DNA of 64,000 bases, taken from Iphione sp. A-MEVVRFRX5 (taxonomy: Eukaryota). The stretch's first letter is position 1, and each line of letters starts with the position of its first letter. Shown here piece by piece: positions 51,335-62,846 of the stretch. The notes under the pieces are model-generated. The model saw only the letters and a program-made list of their open reading frames with translations, did no database searches and was not told where the DNA came from. Where the stretch lies: assembly GCA_976226885.1 (NCBI GenBank), contig OZ320321.1, forward strand, positions 43,648,001 to 43,712,000. The letters are read 5' to 3'. The position numbers and the translations under genes are program-made.

Positions 51335-52170
51335 CTTAGGCCAGCTTTCCATGCGTCCAGTTTTGTTTTCCGTATCCATGGGGGTGCATATTCAGCCAAT
51401 GCTCCGGAAATCTCCAGACATGGACGGAGAGGTGCATGTGCACAGACTCCTTGGCCTCTCCTTGTCCTTTCAGAATGTGTATGCGTGTATATATGTGTGT
51501 ATATACTGATCAAAACGAATACTTCCTTCGATTTCTTCCTATATCAGCAAAACTACAACATCAGACTAACAGGAAATCCACTATTAAAACATCATATTTT
51601 AGATACTTAGATATCTCTTTTCTGCTTATCGTGATCAAATGAATTAAAATGCATCATGACAGAGGTTTCAATTTTTTTTTAAAGAATGTAGAAGAAATGT
51701 CATCATTTTTATATTTTCTAATAACATTCACCAAAATCAATGATATCTGATGGGTCTATTATGACCAAATCTGTGTAAATGGTGTGTTTTTTGTGCCAAT
51801 AGGAAGGAACTGCAACTAAATCTGTGTAAATGACATGTTTTTTATGTGCTAATCTGAAGACATTGCGACCAAATCTGTGTAAATGTGTGTTTATTTTAAT
51901 GAAAATGATATACACATTTCACATCATCCAACGTATGTTAGACAATGTGTTGCCTTCTTCAGGCCTGCTTTCCACACTGGTCTATGTTGGTCCCAGGAGT
52001 TTGGAGTCCAGAGAAATTTATGGCCCAGGGCCATCTTCGGCCTCCAGATAGCTCCTATCAAGGAGCACAGTGCCCATATACATGGAAACACTTAAGTTCT
52101 GTGTTATGATTTCCATAGACACGTATCTGTGTTGCAAAGAAAATCTGGACACATGGAAAGCTGGCCTAAG
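51335..52170. repeat. Composite repeat: a 26-bp inverted pair enclosing a 3-copy ~52-bp tandem (likely MITE interior)
   Basis: 51335-51360 CTTAGGCCAGCTTTCCATGCGTCCAG matches the reverse complement of 52145-52170 at 25/26. Exact AAATCTGTGTAAATG at 51767, 51818 and 51871. Confidence 0.75.
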
Positions 52171-53680
52171 TCCAAATTTCATTGTACATGTTGTTTTGCC
52201 CGAAACAAATTCTAAGTCTGTATGTCTTTGGTTCGTACAGGTAGACAGCAAATCTGCCTAAAACTAGGCAGTTATACATGCTTTGTATGATTCCCAGTCT
52301 GACAACACAGAGGCACGGTGAAGCTCTGAGGCACACGTACATGGAAACACTCCCGTACATTACTAAAGCCTATAGAAAAATCATGGAGAAAACACGGCGC
52401 CACATCCGAAAAAAAACACTTGCATATATGAAATTAAGCCTTAGGACAAAATTAGGTGGTCCCTACAGTTGTGGCACGAGTGAGTTTTTACTGTAATCAA
52501 CTGAAATTCGGGGCGTCATTAGAGAAACTTTCACCATTGTGCATCCTTAGATGGGTTTGTTTTTGTTTTTCAAACAAGACCAATACGGAGGTATAGGTAT
52601 CAATGGCAGCAATAAAAGTTATCTCTTAGAAACGTGCGAAATTGCGGATGGGTGCTAGTTCAAGGTGACCTTTCTCATGTCTGCGTCGGTTTTCTCTTTG
52701 TCGTTCGACATGACGACGTCTTGCCGTGAATTAACAAGGCACGCCAGGTGGTGCGATGACGAGCCGTCGAGAACGTCGCTGTAGTTTAACCTCTGAAGTT
52801 ATGTTGACTCTTTAAGAAACCACACGCCGCGTGCTCCAACTTTAACCTCGCGTATGCTCCAGACATCTGTTTTAGTTGTCCTGGTCGGACGATCTCCGAC
52901 ACAGCTCAACGTATTGACATAAACAAGTCGGCGCCTTTGATGTGGCCGCAGAGGCGGGACTGAGGGCGTGGTGAGGACAGATCAAAACGTCAGGAGTGCT
53001 TTTCACCATGGTGTGTGCCATAAAGACCGTGCCACGTGCGTCGGTCACGCGTCAATGAACAGCCAATATGGCGGCGACTTTCGCGGCAGGCGGCGCGCAC
53101 GCAGACAGCCTCTAGGGGTGCTGCCTGCCTCAATGAAAAGCCAGAGAGGTCATGCTTCGCTGACCTTGGAACTTAACTTTTCATCCTTGATATTAATGCG
53201 GTTTTCATCGCTTTGAACTGGAGCGGAACGACAACGTAGTTGCGGGGTGGGGCGGGGGCAGGCTTAAAAAAGTAGAGGCTGGATGGAAAGTGGTGGTACG
53301 GCACCATGGTCATAAATGAATAGCTCATCTGCAAAATCAGCGGACCGTATCGGGGGCGCCATTGTGAGGAGGTTGATTTCCATTGTTACGCCTGGAGTAC
53401 AGTTACCTTTTGATATCGGTGAATGAGCGCGGGCCAATCTGCTGAACCGATTAGCGGCATGCTTTAATATTTCCTGACAGCTGTGTTTGCTAAGTAAGGT
53501 AATCTGATAGACGGCCCGTGCCGGTGATTAATTACAGTGTCGGATCGGTTTGATGTTAATAAGGCCAGAGACCAGCGGGTAAAGCAGATGGTGCTAAAAG
53601 ACGGTCTCAGATGGTACTGTTTATCTTTGTGTTCTTGACATATTTATTCTAGTGCGAAACTACGCCTTGCGATCTCCTGC

Positions 53681-53690
53681 TATATAAAAG
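53681..53690 (+). promoter_or_regulatory. Consensus TATA box at the end of a CpG/homeodomain-site-rich island
   Basis: TATATAAAAG in GC-rich flanks (CTCCTGC...GGTGCGACC); no supportable CDS downstream. Confidence 0.35.
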
Positions 53691-56600
53691 GGTGCGACCT
53701 GGTTCCGTGACCTTTGTTTAGTGGAGAGTAAAGTGCGACGGAAATACATGCAAGTACAAATTCTCCACTCTACAGTGATTCCATCTCAACAGCATTGGGT
53801 ATAATATCAGGACACACATTGTTAAATCATGAACTGCTATAACTGCAGTCAAAGAAAGGAAATTTACTGCATACAAATTCACTTTAGAATAATTTGTTTT
53901 AAATTGATTAATGTTTTGTGGCAATGCATCCAAACTTATCATACATGATACTTTTTCTCGGTTTGTTTTGGTAACGTGTGAGTTCCTTTACGTACATACT
54001 TCCTGAACACTGGCAAGTAGTAATTACTTGAGTCATATCATGATGTAGATTATGAGATGGTTGCGGGATAGATGAAAACCTATTGAGTTCGAGGCGCTAA
54101 ATTTGTTGTTTTATGCAAAACGCACTTGACACAACCCAGTAGCTCAAACCCATTGATCAAGTCAAAGGCGTCCGATCATAATTGATTTCCGTCTGCACAC
54201 AATCAATTATCTCTATTAATCAGTTCAGGCTGGCAGTGATTGGCTCCTCCTCCTACATCTAGTCCTTAATGGCCCCCAACTGCCATCTAACGGAGAAAAT
54301 GGTAATCCTCCTTATGTGAAACAGGCCAGAAAACAGCTGAGGCCATTGGAAAAGGGCAACATTATAAGTACACCTCTCGCGTCAGCGAAAACAAAAACAA
54401 AAAAGAAATAAGATCGGACGCGATAAATGGACGCGGACGGCTATAAGTTAGTACACTGTCTTTACCTTGGGAGGTTGAATGCTTCTACTAAAAACGTTAT
54501 GGTTTACTTACGTATACGTAAGACATTCTTAAACGCGTAGTTTAATAGAAGAAATTACCATGAAGAAAGCGGATCTCTTGCGGAGATCCACAGCTTTTGG
54601 CAGCTCCGCCCCCTGCCTGCCCCGTCGGGAATAAAAGCACCAGCCTCCTTTTGTCCGGCCGACCCTCCCCCCAATTCACACGTACCTACCCTTGGCCTAC
54701 TTGCTCAGCAGCAGGGCTATCTAGATGCTAATCCCTGGTCGGTATTGATACAGCGATGATCAGGGTTTAATAGTGTTCGCTGGGAGATCAGTCGGGGCCG
54801 GATCATCACTAAATCCAAGTGACACCCGTTAAGCTGCCGCCGTGTTTTAGCAGACTCCCAGCAAGCACTGATTTGTATTGGATTAGGCTCCGGCAAATCC
54901 ACGGCGCGCGGCGCCCGGGTGGGATTGAGGGGAGGGGAATAGCCAGGCAGTGTGACGCGCGGGCGTAATCGGCCAAAACTCCACAATGAATGTGCAAATC
55001 CCTATTAAAACTAATGGAATCATTCGATGGTGGCGCGCGCGGGCCCCTAATGAAATCAGTGAGCGGCGGCGGGAGCGGCAGGCGCGGCGGGAGCGGCGCG
55101 AGGGGCACAGGACGGGGCGGCGCGCACTGTCAGCGGCAATGTGACGCGCGTCTCGATAAGCCAGCACTGCGTCGGCCGAAAGCTGGCCGCTAGCTCGGCC
55201 GCAGATTAGCCGCGCTTATCCTGTCAGCAAATGCCTCGCCAAACTAAGCCGCGAATGATGTATACAATTCATAAAGCGAGAAGGGTGTCCTTAGCCCGGG
55301 ACCTGGACAGAGCAGCCCCTGACTCGCCCTAAACTTGCCGCAACTGAAGCTGAAAACTTCTACTAGGTGGTCCCTACCCAGCCTGTATGGTGTAGTTATA
55401 GCTCTCATTACTGTGACATTCTTTCTTTCACGTAATCATGCTCTGTATCTCACTTGAGCAAGATGTCCTGTTTTGTATTCTCAGCTATTGACAAAAACAA
55501 GGACAAAGAATATATTTTAAGACATCCATTCGTATTACTAACGCTTAGACTTCTCATGGCATAGGCGTGATTGTCTTGTTCTGATCAGTTTCCCTAAAGC
55601 CCCCAAGTTACCACATCCACAGGTGACTGTAACTTTAACTTCTCATGCAACAGGCTACAACACAATGCTCATAGGTTCTTGCTTATGGTTTCATTCGATT
55701 TACCCTTACCAGCTGGTTTGAGCTTACGTCTGTTGGTTCACATCGTAGCTATTTTGAAGTCGTTCTTCACTTCCAAGTTTGAATACCCAGGGCACCTTAC
55801 TACTTATATAGTCTAAACCGCATCATTCACAGAAGATTTATGTGAAGATTTACATATATCTCCAAGCTTCGAATTAGAAAAAAAGAAACCACAACTAAGA
55901 CACTATATAATTTGTATGTGCAAATGCGGGTATGCAGTTGACCCTCTGTGTAATGTATATGTCCACTATAGCCTTTACTTACGTGGAATCTTTATCCCTA
56001 AAAGGGCGAAGGTGTTTATCATAATATAATTATGAGTTTATTAAATACAGGACAACTAAACCAAATCAATCTTCACACACACTTGTAAAGTGGAATGCAG
56101 CTCAACGTACAGATGAAGTGGGAAGAAAGATCACACTATGGAGTGTGAATAATTTCTTCATTTAAAATTCGCAGGCCAGAGACGAGGACAGTTTGTGTCC
56201 AAATGAAGTACATGTAGCTGTCCGCATCTTATAGCATTTTACTGTAGCAGGAGATAAAGCTTGATAGAGCGGGATACTGGAGAGGCGCACCCACGTTTGT
56301 TGTGGGCCGACATCTGTCTCCCTGGCGACCAACATATTTTGTCAGTAACACGACGCTAATCCGTGTCGTGGTACAGACGCCACCAACCTCTCCCCATCCC
56401 TCTTCACCCCACCTACTTTCGTCCGGTCTCCTTACGTCACTACCCACCTCTGAGCAGTCGGGCGACGTGCGATGGTTTAGGTTTCGTCGAGCGCGAGAGC
56501 AACAGCGCAACACCGGCGACTTAAAAAAAAGGGGGCGAGTTATTTGCATAATCCCCGGCGTTATCTGCACGGGGAGATGTACCTCAGCTATCCACGACAG

Positions 56601-58897
56601 CGGCGGCGGCGGCTGTGAGTTTACTTTGTGCGCGCGACTTCCCCAGCGCCAGCACGAGCTGTTCACAGGTGGCGCGTCGGTGTCCAGGGACCGAGCCTAA
56701 GCGCATAAGCATCTTTTAGAACAAAATCAGACCATCAATTAGCGCATAGTGTGAGCAAAACGTCCGGATCACATTGTATGAAATAGACGGCGCCGCTTTT
56801 GTCGCCGCGCGGCTCGGTTAGCAGGTCGTCTTAGGGAAAAAGAAGTCCCACCCATCCATTATAGGCGTTTGTTTGCGATGACACTTGCGGTAGCAAGTTA
56901 AGTCCCTACTGAAATGGATGAGCTGCCAGGCCGCAGGGGCTGTAAACCCTCTGTTGACGGTGGTGCCTATTGCCGCCCGAGCCGTCGTATTATCATAAGT
57001 TTAGGTGCGGCGATTTAACGCGGAGAGTACCGCACCTCTTCAAAAATGCTGACACTTCATACATCCACAAATAAGCTCCCTGACATTGGCACCTCTTCGG
57101 CTCGAAGAGGGAAAGGGAATATTCAAGACGATGGCTGTCGACGCGCCCGCTTAGTGCAACTTGAAAGGCTGGCCATCCTGTGTCAGAAGCTTTAATGCCA
57201 CGTCAGCTAAAAGTGAGATTATCTACAGCATCTAAACTGGCGTTATATGCAAGGAATGGATGACGATTCGCAAGCGATGATGTACTTTTTTGAATCGAAG
57301 GCTACATTTTTTTCGGTATACCTATATGTTGTTGGGAGAATCCTCATGGCAACCTATCATTCCAGTCGACATAAACAAGCACAGCACCTACAGAGATTTG
57401 TGTTAGTGAAGCGGGATGTGCTATGACCCAACAGGTGTACCATCTTTTACATTATCAAAAAAATGTTCTCTGGTATTCTTTTTATTAATTACACTGAGAA
57501 GTAAAAACTAGATCCAGAATCTATCATAGTTACAAGAAGCCATGTAATAACAGTTAAAATAAGGTACTGGCACAAACGTAGATCACTCAATAACATCCAA
57601 TTGTTAATTCTTGTCACCAGAAACTAATTCAATTCCCTTCTAGATTAGAAAGCTTGTGAACACTTAACATAAGTTATTAGGCACTGTTTCATAGATCTAC
57701 TTAGTAGGATTGACATCAACCCAAATACAATAAGCAATCAGTACCCCTTTCTATCCGGAATCTAAATTATCAATGACAGTGGTGACAACAACGTAATTGA
57801 TGAAATCTATTTAAGTTTTCTCTTCTTTTGAGATTAGGCGTGTTTTGATTAGTAATTAGTTGTCTCCCATTCGTATCTCGATTCCGACACCGACCAAAAG
57901 CAGGAAGATTTCACTTCCTATTTTTTAAGAATTGAAGAGACTGAGGCAGATTTTTCTTTAAGATGACCTAGAGAATAAAGCACTGTGAGGGGGCATTGCT
58001 AAATGTAAATAACGTAATCTACCATTTAGCAGTAGGTGTTCGGTATGTTAGCAGCATTTCTACTTAATCATACACAGAAGCTCCAATGTTCATTACAAGT
58101 TACAGAAGACGAACGTTAAAGGTCTGACTTTCTTTTTGCAAAAGGATGTATATGTTATAGTGACATCCAGATTGTCTTAAACGAGGGCGATTCTAATAGT
58201 AATCGAATACAAGTCGGCCGAAACACTCGTGTATTTTAGAGAAGAGAACAGGAGCAGCTCAGGACTGTCTATGAGCAATCACGCTCATGAGGATGCGTTT
58301 TGACGTGGACAAACTCCGCCTCCCGTTGGCCCCTGTCAGAAACCAGGCCTTCAGGTGGAGATGGATACGTGCTCGGGGAGAGATTTCAAACCCTCACGGC
58401 TGCGACGGACCTGACAGCCGCAGAGTGTGCCGGCACGATAAATTGCTCTCTAAGTGAGAAAAGGTTGATGGGTTCACGCCGAAAATCTGTCCGCGCGGAA
58501 CATAAGGGAGGGAGATGGATGAATTAAGGGGTTGGCCAGGGCACCGGGGCTAATGAAAGAATGGCCACGCTGCCGGCTGTGATCGACTCTGCCGGGTGCT
58601 TTATGTTATCCAGTTATGTTTATCTGCCCTACAGACGTAACTTATGACGATCAAGCATCCTCCGGCAGTTTCTCTAGCATATATACAAAGATTAATGGGC
58701 CGCGCCGCAACCATTTCTTTAGCGATCTTTGACTCGAAAAGCTACAGTGTGAAGATAAATTACTATATGGGAATGGTCCCTATGGGTAAGAAAAATTAGT
58801 ACATGTATTTTCCCAGCTCCTTATGTGGGTATGTTCTTTGTTCTATAGCTAGATCTGTCGTTGGAGTTTACCACGGCCCGTTATACTTCGTGGTATA

Positions 58898-59077
58898 CAG
58901 TAGAACACCATGATTGAGGTTACCAAGGACAGAGGACACTCTTAAACTAGGGACACTTTTGGCCGGAACACCATTATATTTAGCCTATACATTGTATAAT
59001 CCAGGAGTGGGGGCACCCTCCAAATATGGACACTTTCATTGGGAACCACGCGTGTCCCCATTCATGAGGATCTACTG
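58898..59077. mobile_element. pogo/Tigger-like (Tc1-mariner) MITE, 180 bp
   Basis: TA|CAGTAGAACACCATGATTGAGGTTAC ... GTGTCCCCATTCATGAGGATCTACTG|TA: degenerate ~26-bp TIRs starting CAGTAGA, TA target duplication, internal GGACAC repeats. Confidence 0.85.
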
Positions 59078-61577
59078 TAATTGCATAATGCAATTTTTCC
59101 CTAAATCCCTCTCTTGCCTTACGTAGGATTATTTTTTCTGCTGCGAACACTTCAAATATGCATGTTAATGTTTCTTCCTAGCAGGCTCCAGTGAAAAAAA
59201 GTTCTGTGGAAGTAACAGTCATTCAAATGTCTCGAAAGTAACGAGGCTAGGACAGAAATGTCCCTGCTTCATGTATAATTTAATGGCTCGATCGCATGGT
59301 CTTCTACACCAGACCCTTTTCTTATGACATTTGGCGTTTGCCATGGGGCTACGATGTTCCGTTCACCAGCACCAGTATGATATGCTGCCAGAAGCGGCCT
59401 CTGGGTTAAGTCAGGAAGACACAAGGAGAAGCTTGCCGGTCCCCAAGGCCTGCTTGTGTTGCCCAACCGCCTTTCTTTGCAGCCGCCGATTAAGTTCGCG
59501 AGGCGAACGCAGATTCGACCTGACAGGCGAGTCGTCAGAAATGCATCGCGTTTTAATAATTCACTAACATGGCAGACAAGGAAAAGCATTAGATTAACAA
59601 CGACCACAATCTGTTCCTAACGTAATTGCCGTGATTTGATGGAGACACAACTGCATTTTTCATGTCGCTACAACATCTGATATCGGACCGCGATCGACGG
59701 CAGTACCCATAAAAACGACCTCAAATTAAAAGTACGCAGCGTTTTCATAAGGAACAGCGTGCATTATTGAAAGGAAATGTGCACATTAATCAGAATTGCG
59801 CAAAAGTACGAAAGCTAGTTAATGTACATTCTTCTCCTGAACTTATACTATATATTTTTGCAGGCTATGTGTCCTGGTAAAGAACATTAGAGCTGCATCA
59901 GGGGATTATCTCTAAATCCCAAACAGTGAAGAATTTCTTTTTATTAACTGACTCAACGGAGTGAATAATATTTAAAAAAAATCGTTTTCCCCCAATTGCA
60001 AAGTCAGTAGTAGCTACGGTGCTAAAATGATTATGATCCTAAACATTTTTACTTACTTGTCACATAATATAGGTGCATAAAAAGATATGTCATGAACAAT
60101 ACCATTGGATGAAAACATAATTATTAATTGCAAATGGCGCTAAAACGCAGAATCCTAGAAACGACGAGACAAGGCACAATACAGCAACTAATCTAGGTGA
60201 TGCCAGAAGATCGAGAAGGAACTGGGAAATAAGGTTTATTATCCAATTGTTCATACGTTTATCTCATTTTCCTTTGAATCTAATCCAAATATTTGCAACC
60301 AACCTTCTGTTCTGAGCTAAAGCGGTTGCATTTGTGGTTTTGGTGGCATAGTGGTTGGACTTTATTTCTTAGGAAAAGTGGAGTATTTGTTAAAGTCTAA
60401 AAGGCTGTTAATTTGATGTCTAAAAGTCCTAAAAGTGGCGAATTTTCAAAGAGCATGGGCATCTGAGAGGTTATACTAACACCATTGATTGTAGTTGAAT
60501 ATCCTCTGCACACCCTTCTTTGCTGGTTATGCACACCTCCGCCCATTAATTGGTAATCAAATAGAAAAGACCCCAACACCTGTGGTCGTAGGCTGGTTTG
60601 GTTGCGAATTTAATACTATTGTAGTTAAGGTTTTGGTCATGAAACAGGTTGGTGGGAAATTGGCATTCGACTGTATTTGCCTTTTCTCCAAGCACACTGG
60701 TACCCGTTCTCCTTTACTATAGAGGCTGTCACCTCCAACTAAGCTCATTAAGTATACATTTACAGTTAGTACTTGCCAATCAAATTTGCAACATCCGAAA
60801 ACTTTCACCTCCCCAAAGTACTTTGTTGCGACCCAATTTTGCCCACATGTACATGCTGTATCTATAAAACATGAAGCTGAGTTTTTATGAGCCCGAGTAG
60901 TTCAGCCAAGTGCGAGCTGAACTGACATCGGATTGCATGGACTCACCTTGTAGGCAACTCAACTAAGAGAGCAAGTCAGAATTAAGGTTGACATTTGGTT
61001 GATTGCAAAGGTTTCTAAGATTTACCTTAGGTACTGAGGCAACATGCAAATGTTCAATCCTGACGGTGGTCTTAATTCTAAATGTCTAGTGTATATGTGG
61101 TTACTGCAACTACTTTGATAGGTAGTATAACAATACTATGCCCTAATTTTTCATCTTTGAATACATTTGTGGTTGTATCAGTATGCACTTATGTATGCGT
61201 ACTGCATGATGCATTAATTTTCACAGCCCTTGTTTATAATGATAATATAATAAATAAATTTCATTTATTCGAAACATCATCTTAACGGACGTTTTTCATG
61301 ATGTGGAATTTGATTGCAAGGTTATGCCTAACACTTACTGACATAATCAGGTGATAGAATGTGATGATGTATGAAATATAAAAAATATATACAATTGATT
61401 GACAAATTAAGAGGGATTAAATTATACATTTCTCTAATTTCAGTAATCTCTCTTTACTAATCCATAACAGATAAATTGTAAACATTTATTGAAGTCCCAT
61501 GGGTTGAAAATATTTCCGAACAAGGGGTCAACTTATTTGATAGACCTGCACCCATATATAATATATAATATAATATA

Positions 61578-61757
61578 TGCAGTCTGATGTCTCATTGCGG
61601 ACACATCTGGGATGCGGACACATCCCCAATGCAGACGATTTGGAAAAGAACGAACATACTTCCTATAGTTAACCATAATAAGGGGACATCTCCAAAGAGG
61701 ACAGCTAATTTGAGAGAGTGTCTCCCTATGGACATTGTGCATGAGGTGTTGTTGCAT
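61578..61757. mobile_element. Older, degenerate Tigger-like MITE with an architecture similar to 58898-59077
   Basis: Starts TGCAGTC; GCGGACACATC occurs twice; GGGGACATCTCCAAAGAGGACA resembles GGGGCACCCTCCAAATATGGACA in the 58.9-kb element. TIRs are only weakly visible. Confidence 0.45.
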
Positions 61758-61942
61758 GAATTTTTGGCTCCAGAGAGACTCAAGAAGTCATTTTCAAAGG
61801 GAGACCTGGTCGGGGGTGACTGGAGGTGTCAATGGCAACCTCTATGATGTCTCCACCCTCTGCAGGAGCTGGTTGGGGGAGACCAGGGGCATCACTGGCG
61901 ACGTCTCTGATCTGCTTAACACCCTGAAGGAGCTGGTCGAGG

Positions 61943-62086
61943 GCACTTTTTGGATGCTTACTCATCAAAGTCAGCACTTTTTGGACTGTAACTCTTTAAA
62001 TTCAGCACTTTTTGGACTCTTACTCATTAAATTCAGTACTTATAGGACTCTTACTCATCAAATGACTTTTAGGACTTTAACTCATG
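61943..62086 (+). repeat. 31-bp minisatellite, about 4.5 degenerate copies
   Basis: GCACTTTTTGGACTCTTACTCATTAAATTCA-like units start at 61943, 61974, 62005 and 62036, with a decayed fifth. Confidence 0.9.
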
Positions 62087-62792
62087 CACATCTTATACTA
62101 CTCATTGACCTATAATCAGGACACTTCTGGAATGTGGATGAGAAGAACAGAGGGTATCCAGAATCGGGACGTTTGTATATAATAATCAGCCCATTCACAA
62201 CCGATTCACATCTGTATATGGTGTCCACTGCTTTCTCTGTGCTTATTGGACCCAGTGTAGACTACAACAACTTGACTGTGTTCTCATACACACATCCTTT
62301 ACACATAGTAGTACATGGAAATTCACCCTGTTTAGCATAAAGGAGGTGGAGATTTGGTAGTCTATTTTGAACAAGCTTACACAACATTGCTGGAAAACTA
62401 ATTCGAAGCACATTGTGCAAATGTTTTGGCAATTTTTTTGTAGTGTCATTCAATTTAGGTATCCATTTGTGCACATACATGAACATAACTGGAATCATCG
62501 TCTTTCTGTTTCTTCCAACTTGAAAATGAATATGAATAATAGGGTTTATTGACATGTAAGAACACACACATAGAAAAAGCATCTCCATCTTTCTAGTTCA
62601 TGTACTGAATTGCATACTTGTTATGGGCGTACTAATATGAAAACAATTTCATAAATCTGTAATTTGTTAAAATAATCCTGATTGGGTGCGCTACCTGAAA
62701 TATTTACAATGGAAATTAACATTATAGAATGACTAATGGGGACTGTAGAGAGCGTTTTAAAATCATTGCAAAAGTTCAAATGCTAGTCGATT

Positions 62793-62846
62793 TTAATCTG
62801 AAGGCATGCAATGACATGCTTGTGGAAGTTAATCTGAAGGCATGCA
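62793..62846 (+). repeat. Short tandem duplication (18-bp exact core, 36-bp period)
   Basis: TTAATCTGAAGGCATGCA at 62793 and 62829. Confidence 0.85.

Noticed and set aside
51421-51430. TGGACGGAGA, matching the 5' end of miR-184
   Set aside because: The match stops after 10 nt and no precursor hairpin is evident. No other conserved miRNA was recognised in the window.
52453-55377. Exact 14-mer TAGGTGGTCCCTAC at 52453 and 55364
   Set aside because: Several exact 14-mer pairs are expected by chance in 64 kb, and the flanks do not align.
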